IMG/VR virus record: IMGVR_UViG_3300030390_000257
Span: 1 to 39,265 of that record
Source: a virus
Taxonomy: Duplodnaviria; Caudoviricetes
Strand: one strand, 5' to 3'
Length of the DNA stretch: 39,265 nucleotides
A program made the position numbers and the translations under genes. Positions within the stretch are counted from its first letter, which is position 1. Each line of letters starts with the position of its first letter. Positions 1 through 9,395 of this stretch are shown piece by piece. The notes below the pieces were generated by a model. That model was not told the DNA's origin and made no database searches. It saw only the letters and a list, made by a program, of their open reading frames with translations.

Positions 1-1535
1 GAACTAGCTGTACCACCTGTAAAGTAAGTGTCACCTTCAGCCGCGCCATTAGTAGTAAGCGCATCCATCGTGGCTGTGCCAGTAACGAATATGCCTGTAT
101 TTGTGGTGGTTATTTTGAGGGCGTTGTCGTAGTAAAGCTCAACAGCACCATCTTTTTTAAACCTGCCCATTTTACCACTAGCAAGACTTCCGTCACTTAT
201 TAGTGCTATTTCTGAGCCATTACTATCTAAAAATAAAGTACCTGTTCCTACATCTTCTATGTACGAATTATTACCATCATGGTAGATTCTTAAATCATCA
301 CCTGCACCGAACGTAGCTAGGTCAGAATCGCCTAGTGCTATTCCTGCGTTAGCTACTATCTCACCTGTAAATGTAGCGCCTGACAAAGCCGCCTTAGTCC
401 CAATGGAGTTAGCTGTAGTTGTAGCAAAGTTAGGGTCATCGCCCAGAGCAGCCGCTAGTTCATTTAAGGTGTTCAGGGTTGCAGGACTTGAATCAACCAG
501 GTTAGTTACTTGAGTATTTACATAGGTCTCAGTTGCATAACCACTTGGCAAAACATAGTTGTTAGCACTGGCCGCTATGCCATCAAGTTTACTGTGGTCA
601 GCATCTGTGAATACATTTGAGTCACTAGCAGCTTCTACCGCTGTACGAATCTCTGCATTTGATTGGTCCGCGGTTGCAGAGGCTTCAATGCCGTCTAACT
701 TTGTGCCGTCCGTAGCGACATCGCGTCCATCCACTGTGCCTGTGACAGCGATATTTCCTGATATGCTTGCACCAGAACTTGTAGTTGCAATCTTGGGGCT
801 AGGTGAGCCTGAAGTGTTGTCATAGAGAGTGACTGCACCACCTGAGAGTGCTTGCACATAGTTATTATTAGAGGCATCTTGTAGTGCTAAATTAGTACCT
901 CTAAGCAATAGACTGCCTGCGGAACTCTCAGTAATAATAGAGTTAGAACCATCGTTATAAACTTGTAGTGAGCTACTTGGGCTACTCCCTAGAATGATTT
1001 TTGCATTCACTGCCATCCCAAGATTTCCGGTCATGTTACCGCCACTTAGGGGTACAGAAGCCGCAGCATGACTTTGAGCATCAGCAGCACTAGTAGCCGC
1101 AGCAGCCTGAGAAATACTAGCAGCAGACGCTTTAGCTGTAGCTGTGCTTGCACTGGTGGCTGCACTGGTAGCTGAAGATGCTGCACTAGTCTCTGAAGCA
1201 GCCGCTGCTACTTGAGATGCGCCAGAAGTAACTTTGGATGCTTCGGAGGCTGTTGCTGACGTAGCTGAATTATTTGCACTAACTAAAGAAGCTGCTTGAG
1301 CTACCTCTGCTGCTGCTTGGGCTGCTACAGAAGATACTTTGGAGGCTTCTGAGGCTGCGGCAGAGGTTTGGTTAGCTACAATATTAGCGTTAGCTTGGGA
1401 TGCACTAACGGCTGCGGCAGTAGCTGAAGTAGACGCTGCGGTCGCTGAACTGGCTGCGGAAGCAACTGAGTTTTCTATTGCATTAGTATTTGTAGTAGAG
1501 ACACCGTTGTCACTAAAGAAGGATGATTTTGGCAT
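1..1535 (-). CDS. Tail fibre protein, N-terminal part (runs off the left edge; absent from the ORF track)
   Basis: ATG at 1535 after a GGAG RBS. Reads MPKSSFFSDNGVSTT..., then an Ala/Ser-rich stalk, then fibre motifs GTVDGRDVATDGTKLDGIE and SPATLNTLNELAAALGDDPNFATT. Open to position 1. Confidence 0.85.
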   Translation of the reverse strand, partial: MPKSSFFSDNGVSTTNTNAIENSVASAASSATAASTSATAAAVSASQANANIVANQTSAAASEASKVSSVAAQAAAEVAQAASLVSANNSATSATASEASKVTSGASQVAAAASETSAASSATSAATSASTATAKASAASISQAAAATSAADAQSHAAASVPLSGGNMTGNLGMAVNAKIILGSSPSSSLQVYNDGSNSIITESSAGSLLLRGTNLALQDASNNNYVQALSGGAVTLYDNTSGSPSPKIATTSSGASISGNIAVTGTVDGRDVATDGTKLDGIEASATADQSNAEIRTAVEAASDSNVFTDADHSKLDGIAASANNYVLPSGYATETYVNTQVTNLVDSSPATLNTLNELAAALGDDPNFATTTANSIGTKAALSGATFTGEIVANAGIALGDSDLATFGAGDDLRIYHDGNNSYIEDVGTGTLFLDSNGSEIALISDGSLASGKMGRFKKDGAVELYYDNALKITTTNTGIFVTGTATMDALTTNGAAEGDTYFTGGTAS

Positions 1536-1550
1536 TTGTAAAGTAGCTCC

Positions 1551-2153
1551 TTAGAGTCTGTATGAAGGGCGTATGCTTTGGATAGAGCCAGTCATTTCTT
1601 GCTCATTGGCTTGCTCTTGAATTTCTGACATGAAAGTCATGTACTTAGTGTCAAACACAGCCGAACGCTCATCTAAGTAATAGTCAGACGCATACGTAAG
1701 TGCAGCATAGATAATTAGGTCAGGAGCTATCTGACTAAGGATATTCTCTGACGAGTCAGTACTCATATCTTCAAACGATGCATAGTAATTGATAACTAAG
1801 CTGCCACTAGATGGCTGTGGGTACAGTAGAAGACTGCTGCCCTCTCTCGTAAAATAATAAGGGGCACCACTTTCCGCACCTTTCAAGTGTTCCTGGATAT
1901 CCCTCATTGGGAGCCTGGTTAACGCCCTGTTAGCGTAGTACACATCAATGGCTTCAAGGAAGTCACTGGGTAGAGTCACTTTGGTGGTTTGTGCTGAAAA
2001 GTTATACGTGTTCTGAGTCTCCATAGAAGGGATTCTCAACGACCTTTGTATCCTGGCAATGCCTTGGTCTATGAAGGTATCTGCAAGGGCATCAGTGATA
2101 TCGCTGCGATTTAAGACAGCTTTGAAATGGGTTCTTAAGTTACCCTTGTTCAT
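1551..2153 (-). CDS. Head-tail adaptor / tail tubular protein A-like
   Basis: 200 aa, downstream of the capsid. Motifs LPSDFLE, GAPYYF and LLYPQP are typical of podovirus adaptors. Confidence 0.65.
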   Translation of the reverse strand: MNKGNLRTHFKAVLNRSDITDALADTFIDQGIARIQRSLRIPSMETQNTYNFSAQTTKVTLPSDFLEAIDVYYANRALTRLPMRDIQEHLKGAESGAPYYFTREGSSLLLYPQPSSGSLVINYYASFEDMSTDSSENILSQIAPDLIIYAALTYASDYYLDERSAVFDTKYMTFMSEIQEQANEQEMTGSIQSIRPSYRL

Positions 2154-2156
2154 TGG

Positions 2157-2474
2157 TTATACCTTCTTTTTCGTGGTGATGAATGCGTCAAGGTCCTCTT
2201 GTCGCAACCGGGCGAGTATCTTAAACGCAGGTTCTTTGAGCATATCGAAACCTTCGCGGAGCCACTTTTCGTGGACAGACACAGGGACTGAAGCGACAGT
2301 CATGTAGTCTTTCTCTTTGTGGTCTAATGAACTTTCTCGCTGCTTTCGCACTCTGTCGAGAAACTCCTGGGGAATGTGTTGGCTATGTTTAATAGTGAAA
2401 TTATTTTCATCATTGTCACGCAGAACATTTGTCTGTAGGTCGTGAAATGGTGTTGTTGTGTCTATGAGAGACAT
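2157..2474 (-). CDS. Hypothetical protein (virion-associated region)
   Basis: 105-aa ORF with a strong AAGGAG RBS, directly after the capsid gene. Confidence 0.65.
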   Translation of the reverse strand: MSLIDTTTPFHDLQTNVLRDNDENNFTIKHSQHIPQEFLDRVRKQRESSLDHKEKDYMTVASVPVSVHEKWLREGFDMLKEPAFKILARLRQEDLDAFITTKKKV

Positions 2475-2490
2475 GGCTTCTCCTTTTAAA

Positions 2491-2560
2491 TAAATAAAAT
2501 GCAGTGGGACCCAGGGTCACAGTAAGGAGAGCAGAACCTGGTTACCCAGGTCCCACCGCA
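2491..2560 (-). terminator. Long GC-rich hairpin plus U-rich tail after the capsid gene (T-phi-like)
   Basis: Minus strand UGCGGUGGGACCUGGGU...ACCCUGGGUCCCACUGCA followed by UUUUAUUUAUUU. Confidence 0.65.
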
Positions 2561-2591
2561 AGTACTACAAGTTACTAGCTATCTATGAAAC

Positions 2592-3745
2592 TTAAGACAG
2601 GCCAGTAATCATTCCAGAATCGGAATAGTTCACATGCTTGTTACTAACTTCACCCACTACAAAATGAGTATCTGCATCGCCATTTTTCGCAAGTAAAGTG
2701 CGAGTAAACGGACGCAGTACACACTGCTTAAACATGGATGGGTCAACCAAGAATGCGTGAGTTGACAATTGACTTCTGTTAATTACAGTTCGTAACTCTC
2801 CGAATGGCGTAAGAATTACGTCGATAACATTGATTAATGTTTTAGCATCAATTTCACGGTTACGACCAGTGGCTGTAGCAAACCCGGCTACAATAGTGGC
2901 ATCTGCAGGCTTAATCATAAGAACTGTTGGTTCCGAACCATTGGTATAACAGGTCTGATGTAGAGCTACCAATTTTGCTTCTGTAAGCGGATCGGTTGAG
3001 CTAGAACCTGCATCTAAAGTTGTTGAGATTTGCTGAGAGACAGAAGCCATCTTACGAGCAGCACTTGCACTACCTGCAACAGCAGCCTGGTCAACACCGA
3101 TTAGCGCCTTTTCTACATCGAGCTTGATTGCTTTCAGTGTCTTGGCGAGAGCGTAGGCTGTCTCCTTAGCGCGGCCGTGAGTCTTAACCGCGTCAACAGT
3201 AGCAGCAACTTTAAATGCTTCACCGATGATTTGGGTCGTGTTGCTACGTACAGTAGGCTGACCAATAGCAGTAGTTGCAGCATCAGCTCCTTCTACAAGC
3301 GCATTGACTCCGCTAGACCTAATCGAGTCCTCTAAAAATTCGAATGTACGTGCAGATACTTTTTCAGTCTTAATCATTGACTGGAATGGTGTGGATGTCA
3401 CTTATGTTCAAGTAGGCTCGTTATTTCCTACTCCGTCCTCTTAAGGACCGCAGCATATTTCTATACTGGTCAGACTATATCTTCACCCTCCGTTTAAAGA
3501 GGGGCTAGGTGCTTCCACTCACTTGAGTGTACTCCCTTTCGGGATAGTCGTTGAACCTTCCTCTTGCGAGGCTCGGCTGCTGATTGTCGGTAGCCACCAC
3601 AGCTACTACGAGTTCCCAGACAATTCTCCTAGTTACAACTATAAATTACTCTATAGCGGCCCAACTATTTAGGCGAGATATTCGCAATTGTTTGGCTAAC
3701 GTCTTCCGCTAGTCCAACTACGGTGTAGCTTTGAAGGGTACTCAT
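2592..3745 (-). CDS. Major capsid protein (SU10/phiEco32-like, DUF5309-like), spliced: exon 1 3745-3671, exon 2 3398-2592; 293 aa
   Basis: Exon 1 encodes MSTLQSYTVVGLAEDVSQTIANISP (ATG 3745, AAGGT RBS). It joins in frame to TSTPFQSMIKTEKVSARTFEFLED..., giving the usual G-x-x-ED-x-S-x-x-I-x-N-ISP-x-x-TPF N-terminus of this capsid family. Follows the scaffold gene. Confidence 0.92.
3399..3670 (-). ncRNA. Group I self-splicing intron (IA2-like), 272 nt, no homing endonuclease ORF
   Basis: Exon ends in U; P1 is GCCU|AA-AUAG-UUGGGC with a U.G pair at the splice site. Core elements: P AAUUGUCUGGGAA (3625-3613), Q AAUCAGCAG (3585-3577), R GUUCAACGACUAU (3556-3544), S GAAGAUAUAGUC (3484-3473). P3 is CUAGG/CCUAG. 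P7.1, P7.2, P8, P9, P9.1 and P9.2 hairpins are present. Terminal G at 3399. Removal restores the reading frame. Confidence 0.95.
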
Positions 3746-3784
3746 TGTTAATTACCTTTATAAAAAATTGAGATTTAGGAAGCA

Positions 3785-4810
3785 TCATTCCCAATTTGAC
3801 ATGATTACATCTGCAATGTTGTCCAGGTCATTACTGTTACTTCTTAGGCGGTCCACATTCTGCTGCTGACGGTCACGTTTGATGTCAGTTTTAGACGGTG
3901 GTGCCTTCTTAGTGCGTAGGACCTTTTTCGCTGCTTTGGCTTTTTTAACGGTAGCTACCTTGGTAGTTTGGTCAAACATACGCGCCTTGTTTAATAACAT
4001 AAGGACATTTGGGTCAACGTAGTTATTGACGGCTTCTTCTGGTAAACCGTTGGAGATGGCGTACTGGCGAATATCGTTATACATACTATTGTTCCAATCA
4101 GGGATTTCTCTCTGCAGAACTTTGACACATTCCTTGGCTTGTTCTTGCTGAGCCTGGGACTGTTGAGTTTTAACGTATCCGTAGAAGCCATCAGCCTCTT
4201 CAGTGAGGAACTTCAGGTCATCTTCGGCTTGCTTAGCTTCTACCCGGAGCTGAGTAAAATCCTCTGAACTCATGTTTTTAGACGCGACTAGCATGTCTAC
4301 TTCAGAGTAAGGTTTGTACCGTTCCTGGGCTCGACTAATCATAGCCTGTAATGACGCATCAGCTTTTTGCAGTTGCTCATCAGCCATCTTGCGCTGTGAT
4401 GCTGTTTCTTGAGACTTACGAGTCAAAGATGCTTCTTGACCATACAATCGTTTAAGGTCTTTGATGGATGCCTGTTTAGATTCACCATCGACACTAATTT
4501 CTACCAGGGTGTCATCGTCAAACTCAACTAGCTCAACTTCTGTATCTTCCTGGTCTTCTTCTGTGTCTTCCTGGGAATCGTCTTCTTCAGGGTCCTCATC
4601 GTCCTCATCGGATTCTAAGTCTTCCGTATCTTCAGTTTCTTCAGCGTCATCTACATCTGTCTCTTCAGTAGATTCTTCTGTTGCCTCCTCGTCATCTTCG
4701 GATACCGTTTCCGGGTCCTCCCAATTTCCTAGTATGGCTTCTGCAGCATCGTCTAACGTGAGTGCTGCTTGCGAGTTGGAATCGTTTTCGACGTTATCAA
4801 TAACTGACAT
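3785..4810 (-). CDS. Capsid scaffolding protein
   Basis: 341 aa. Very acidic N-terminus, VDGE...L...Y...LTRKSQE motif, coiled coil. Lies between portal and capsid. Confidence 0.85.
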   Translation of the reverse strand: MSVIDNVENDSNSQAALTLDDAAEAILGNWEDPETVSEDDEEATEESTEETDVDDAEETEDTEDLESDEDDEDPEEDDSQEDTEEDQEDTEVELVEFDDDTLVEISVDGESKQASIKDLKRLYGQEASLTRKSQETASQRKMADEQLQKADASLQAMISRAQERYKPYSEVDMLVASKNMSSEDFTQLRVEAKQAEDDLKFLTEEADGFYGYVKTQQSQAQQEQAKECVKVLQREIPDWNNSMYNDIRQYAISNGLPEEAVNNYVDPNVLMLLNKARMFDQTTKVATVKKAKAAKKVLRTKKAPPSKTDIKRDRQQQNVDRLRSNSNDLDNIADVIMSNWE

Positions 4811-4814
4811 GGTC

Positions 4815-5081
4815 TTATTCCTCTTCAGTAGTTTCTTCTTCGTTTAACTTGGCATCGATTTGGTCACGTACTTCAACCTGCTGACGTAGCGTGTTAACAA
4901 TGTCTACCAAGGCTCGATAGTGTCCATAAGCTTCAGTCCTTTTGTCGGCCTCATCGGGGGCAGAACCTAAGAACGCTTGGACGGTAGCATCGACCATCGT
5001 GTTCATTGTTTTAGTAAAAGCTTCTGTGTTTAACAGTGCTTCCGCGTCATTACCAAGTAATGTGAGTTGCTCTTCGTTCAT
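4815..5081 (-). CDS. Hypothetical protein between portal and scaffold
   Basis: 88 aa with AAGGAG RBS; conserved position. Confidence 0.65.
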   Translation of the reverse strand: MNEEQLTLLGNDAEALLNTEAFTKTMNTMVDATVQAFLGSAPDEADKRTEAYGHYRALVDIVNTLRQQVEVRDQIDAKLNEEETTEEE

Positions 5082-5120
5082 GCTTTACTCTCCTTTAAGA
5101 GTGGGGTTGTTTTGAACGGT

Positions 5121-7154
5121 TTATCCGTTCGGTGATGCGATGGCAGTAATCTCGTCAGCTTGTTGTGCTAGTAATAGCTCAGCTGCATCGATTATCTTCT
5201 TATGCTTCAATTGCTCTTCTTTCAGGTCAAGATTATCTGACTGAATAGCATGTTGGTTCTCTGCTTTGGCTTTCTCTAACTCAAGTTTCATTTGAGCATT
5301 CTGAACATCCATCTTCGCCTTCATTTCACCCAGGGCAGTCTGACGCTCTTGGACTTCAATCTGCTTCTTCATAAGTTCAAGCTGCAGTTCTTGAGCCGGG
5401 TCTGGTTGCTCTTCTGGTAGGCTTTCGGGATTCGTGAGATAAGCACTGACTTCTTTGATGCCTGTCAGCTCCATAATCTTAGATGCCAGGGCATACTGAT
5501 TGGGTGCCTGGTACATCTTTGACAGGTTCGGGTCAGAAGTCATCATGGTGTGGAGTGCCAGGTACTTTTGAGACTCTTTCTCTTGCTCTCCGTAACCTAG
5601 GTTCAGCTCAATAACAACATCGCGCTTTTCTTTCCAGTCGCGTGGGTTACAAGGGACATAGTTACCCGAAAGCTCAACAATGCGTTCCTGAGACTCGTTT
5701 TCACATACAAGCTGATAGACCTCTTGGAATAGAGGCTTAACGAATTGTGTAGCAAAGTTCCTGGCAATTATCTTCTGACGCTGCTGAGACATAGTTGCAA
5801 GCTGCTCAACCATAGCGGCTGAGTTTTGCTTGGATATAGCGTCTTTATTTAGGCCCTGAGACATCTTAGAGACACCAGTAGTGTCTTCTTTGTCTTCGTC
5901 CAACATCTGAATAGTCTGATAGACATAAGGGTTTAAAGGAGCCTGTAGGAGCGGTGCAATGGCATCGGGTCTAGACACATTCACCAAGCCACCGACTCTA
6001 TTATCAATCAGCTCCCTGGGGTTCGTTAGACCTCCTTTAACTACCGTATACCGTGGGTTATTAGTAATCATGGCGTGGTCTAGGATAGACCTGGTCAAGA
6101 TGGTCCTGGCGTTCTGAGTAGCAACCACCTTGTCAGCGTAGTTGTTACCATAGAAACTGTGAGGGACCGGGAGAGGAACAAATGTCACAAAGGGTTTGCG
6201 ATTGGTTTTCTCTTTGAGCAGCAGGACATTACCTGCTTTGATAACCCGGTGTAACTCAGCGACACCTGAACCATCAACGTCTAGCATGATATATGCTTCA
6301 TGGACCATCACGCTGCGAACTTGTTCTTGGTATCCACCGCTTTTAGTACCACGGAAGTTACCCACGTTGTCGAACCTTGCAAGGACCTCTGGCGAGGTAT
6401 CTAGGTCAACATCACTGTGTTCACCTATCTTTGCTATAAGTTTTTCACTGTAACCTTCCAGGCGTAGCTCAGACAAAGTCTTCTTTGTTCGGTGGGCACA
6501 GAAGTTTACGTCTTTAAGACTCTTAGCTTGGGTCTCAATGAGGAACTCTTCGGGTGCTACGTTTTCAATTACAACCTGGCTAGTGTCCTGCTCAATACTT
6601 ATAGTTCCTGAGATAAGACCTAACTCATCAGTAGAGCTTTCAGTTAACTCTACGTTATCCTGGGCAAGCAGCATATTAAGCTCACCATCGGTGATGTCAG
6701 TAAACTCTTCGTAGTCATACTCGACAGACTCTTCCCAAAATACTTTGACAACTCCTGCCCTGGCGATAAGTCCGTCATGAATAACTGTAGACATGACTGA
6801 GTAGATGTCGTTCTGACGATGAACCACGTAATCAGTGTATTCAGTGCAGACCTTTGCTTTGGGAACATCATCTTCATTCTGTGCAGCAAAACGTACTGTC
6901 TTGTTACCTGCACTAAAGGTCTCTAGCAAAGCAGCTTTAAGGCTTTCTACTGCATCGTAGCAATCAAGAGAAACATACTTACTGTTACCGTCATGTAGGG
7001 GCTTGGGCAGCGTTCCGTTGTAGTAGTCAATTATCTTAGCTCTCTCAGTCGCTAACTCTGAGTCTGCGTATCCAACAGATAAGCCTACCTGCTCGTCTAC
7101 CAATGCAACAATGTTGTCATCCGATAGTTTTTTTTCTTTAAGCTTTTTTGCCAT
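5121..7154 (-). CDS. Portal protein (P22/phiEco32-like, long helical C-terminus)
   Basis: 677 aa after terL. Motifs DYYNG, GVVKVFW, ENVAPEEF and TTGVSKMSQGL. Confidence 0.9.
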   Translation of the reverse strand: MAKKLKEKKLSDDNIVALVDEQVGLSVGYADSELATERAKIIDYYNGTLPKPLHDGNSKYVSLDCYDAVESLKAALLETFSAGNKTVRFAAQNEDDVPKAKVCTEYTDYVVHRQNDIYSVMSTVIHDGLIARAGVVKVFWEESVEYDYEEFTDITDGELNMLLAQDNVELTESSTDELGLISGTISIEQDTSQVVIENVAPEEFLIETQAKSLKDVNFCAHRTKKTLSELRLEGYSEKLIAKIGEHSDVDLDTSPEVLARFDNVGNFRGTKSGGYQEQVRSVMVHEAYIMLDVDGSGVAELHRVIKAGNVLLLKEKTNRKPFVTFVPLPVPHSFYGNNYADKVVATQNARTILTRSILDHAMITNNPRYTVVKGGLTNPRELIDNRVGGLVNVSRPDAIAPLLQAPLNPYVYQTIQMLDEDKEDTTGVSKMSQGLNKDAISKQNSAAMVEQLATMSQQRQKIIARNFATQFVKPLFQEVYQLVCENESQERIVELSGNYVPCNPRDWKEKRDVVIELNLGYGEQEKESQKYLALHTMMTSDPNLSKMYQAPNQYALASKIMELTGIKEVSAYLTNPESLPEEQPDPAQELQLELMKKQIEVQERQTALGEMKAKMDVQNAQMKLELEKAKAENQHAIQSDNLDLKEEQLKHKKIIDAAELLLAQQADEITAIASPNG

Positions 7155-7159
7155 TTGTT

Positions 7160-8731
7160 TTATACCATTTCAATATAGTAAGAGTCTGAAGATTCAATTG
7201 GGTCCCAAGCACCCTCATGTACATAGTTAGCCAGGGCAAGAGACATCACACAGTCATCAAAGCAGCCAGATTCAGCTTGCATGGCTCCAGATTCAGTCAC
7301 TATGTATGAGAGCATTTCTCTCAAAGTGACCTTGTCGTTAAGCTCAATTTCTTCTTCACGCATTGCTGCTCTTAGTTGATCGATTATTAGTGGTTTAGTT
7401 TTTGAGGTTGTAGTGAAACCTAGTTTTACGGTCTCTCTGTCAGTCACAGAATCGTGCTGTACAGTCGTGTAAAAGTTCGGGTACGCCATGTCTTTACCTA
7501 GGCGAGTACAAGTCAAAATCCCATGACTGTTGTTCTCAACACAGATATGTGCAAAGTTGTAATACTCCCCCAGTTTATAAAGTACCTGGGCAAAGTAATC
7601 AGGGTGAACGTGGCCTCTCCAGACAGCTACTTGGCGTTTCTTTGAGTCCAGGACCTGGGCAACTGAGTAGTCACCGTTCCTAACGCCCATAGCAACATCG
7701 GCCCCGATAACAAAGTTCTCACCAGGAACATGTGGCCTAAAGGTAAACAATTCGCCACGATGGTTGTTCTCCCAGTCATCACCCTCCAGGGCAAGACGAG
7801 ATTCTAGGTCCCTGGTTTCATCAAGCTGCTTAACTAACTGCTGCGGATTAAACACAGGCCGACCAGTGGTCAACCAGGCATCTTCAGGGACACCTGGATA
7901 CTCCTGGTTCCATAAATCCAAACCATTCTGAGCAACCTTGCGTCTTCTGAACATAAGCTGCTCATTGTCCAGGTCAAACTTTTCTACCAGGTCATCTTCT
8001 TCTGGAGTTCTCTCAAAGTCTTCTTTGACCTTTTCGCGGTAGCTTGAGTCCGTGAACCACGGAATAAAGACTGGGATGTAACCATTTGTACCGTCCACAG
8101 CACCACGCCAGAGGTCGTAGAAAATACCATTGACACCATTGGCAGTAGACTCTACAAAAATCGCAGTACCGGGGGTGTTAGGCACTGCTTGTACCAGGCC
8201 GTTCCAGTTGTCCAGGGCTGTAGACTTTTGCCAGAACGCCAATTCGGAAGCATGGACGTGGCTTAAAGTTTCTCCACGCCCTATCGATGTTCCCCCTGCT
8301 GTAGCAACAACAAAAGAGCTATCAAGAACATCGAAACTAATCTCCCTTCGTGAGCTGTATTCGGTGTGAGGCTTAAGTATCTCTGGGCAATGTTCGTGGA
8401 ATCTCTTGGTCATATCAAAGAGAGCCCTGGTCGAATCAGCGTGGTGTGTAATAACCATTGCCTTACGAGCTGCTTTCTGACTGACTGAGTAGTACAGGTA
8501 TCCACCAGTGTAGGTACTTAGACCCTGCTGCCTGGCTTTCAAAATGATAATACGAATCTTACCTTCTGTAGCCAGTTGGCCTTCTACAGCTTCGTTAAGT
8601 ATTGTCTGTGCAGCGTTAAGTTTGAGAGGATGTATCTTGCCCTCTTTTGTTCTTATTTTAAGGGCAGACTTAGAGTAGAAATCAAAATCAGTCAGTAGTC
8701 TCTTCCGAACTTCCTTCATCTGCTTGTTCAT
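7160..8731 (-). CDS. terL: Terminase large subunit
   Basis: Walker A ILKARQQGLST, Walker B HVHASELAF, coupling motif ESTANG, nuclease motifs IGADVAMG and FDDCVMSLALA. Confidence 0.93.
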   Translation of the reverse strand: MNKQMKEVRKRLLTDFDFYSKSALKIRTKEGKIHPLKLNAAQTILNEAVEGQLATEGKIRIIILKARQQGLSTYTGGYLYYSVSQKAARKAMVITHHADSTRALFDMTKRFHEHCPEILKPHTEYSSRREISFDVLDSSFVVATAGGTSIGRGETLSHVHASELAFWQKSTALDNWNGLVQAVPNTPGTAIFVESTANGVNGIFYDLWRGAVDGTNGYIPVFIPWFTDSSYREKVKEDFERTPEEDDLVEKFDLDNEQLMFRRRKVAQNGLDLWNQEYPGVPEDAWLTTGRPVFNPQQLVKQLDETRDLESRLALEGDDWENNHRGELFTFRPHVPGENFVIGADVAMGVRNGDYSVAQVLDSKKRQVAVWRGHVHPDYFAQVLYKLGEYYNFAHICVENNSHGILTCTRLGKDMAYPNFYTTVQHDSVTDRETVKLGFTTTSKTKPLIIDQLRAAMREEEIELNDKVTLREMLSYIVTESGAMQAESGCFDDCVMSLALANYVHEGAWDPIESSDSYYIEMV

Positions 8732-9185
8732 GCGGCTGCTCTTCTTCAGTTAACAATGATGCAAGAAAATCTTCTGCTCTAGAGATAGATACATCAGATT
8801 TAGAAGCAGGCTTACTTTTAGTAAAATCCAGGACTAACCTGGCAGCTGCGAGGCGTTCACGCGACTGACCATCCAGGCGCATGACTTCAACTGCAGTGGT
8901 AAGGGCTTCTTTCTGATATTCGTCTTCAATATTAAATTTCTCTGACATAATTTTTACTACCTTTTTAGCGTCTTGTTTAGCTTGCTCTCGAACTGGGGCA
9001 ATGGTTTTTGCTGTATGACCATCGGGGACCCCAAAAGGTCTACCAGGATTCTTACGAGGTTTAGTAGACCATTCTTTTCTGAGTGCCCGGCCTTCTGGCG
9101 TGGACATCAGTGTCTTGAAGTAATTATTTTTTCTCGCCATGTTTGGGTTTTTTACTTTTGGGGGCGACTTTTTTCTTGGGCTCAT
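8688..9185 (-). CDS. Putative terminase small subunit
   Basis: 165-aa basic protein overlapping the terL start. Exact start uncertain. Confidence 0.55.
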   Translation of the reverse strand: MSPRKKSPPKVKNPNMARKNNYFKTLMSTPEGRALRKEWSTKPRKNPGRPFGVPDGHTAKTIAPVREQAKQDAKKVVKIMSEKFNIEDEYQKEALTTAVEVMRLDGQSRERLAAARLVLDFTKSKPASKSDVSISRAEDFLASLLTEEEQPHEQADEGSSEETTD

Positions 9186-9384
9186 CCTTTGTAATCTCCT
9201 TGCTTAATACATCAACCAATGCAGCGCGTGTATTCTTTTGACCGCTGCAGAACATGTCCATCGGAAGGTCAGTCAGCATCTCTTTGAAGACATCCTGTTT
9301 TTGTTCCTGGGACAATAGTTTTGACGATTTAACTAGGTCTACCTGGCTCAAAATGTTGACCAGGTCATATGCTCTCACTTTCAT
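9124..9384 (-). CDS. Hypothetical protein
   Basis: 86 aa, AAGGA RBS, Lys-rich tail. Confidence 0.5.
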   Translation of the reverse strand: MKVRAYDLVNILSQVDLVKSSKLLSQEQKQDVFKEMLTDLPMDMFCSGQKNTRAALVDVLSKEITKDEPKKKVAPKSKKPKHGEKK

Positions 9385-9395
9385 GGGGTTTTCCT

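Noticed and set aside
2592-3401. 269-aa capsid ORF starting at GTG 3401
   Set aside because: The GTG is the last 3 nt of the intron, has no RBS, and the product lacks the conserved N-terminus encoded at 3745-3671.
4461-4847. Ser-rich plus-strand ORF and the other short plus-strand ORFs in the track
   Set aside because: Antisense to well-supported minus-strand genes (here the acidic scaffold N-terminus).
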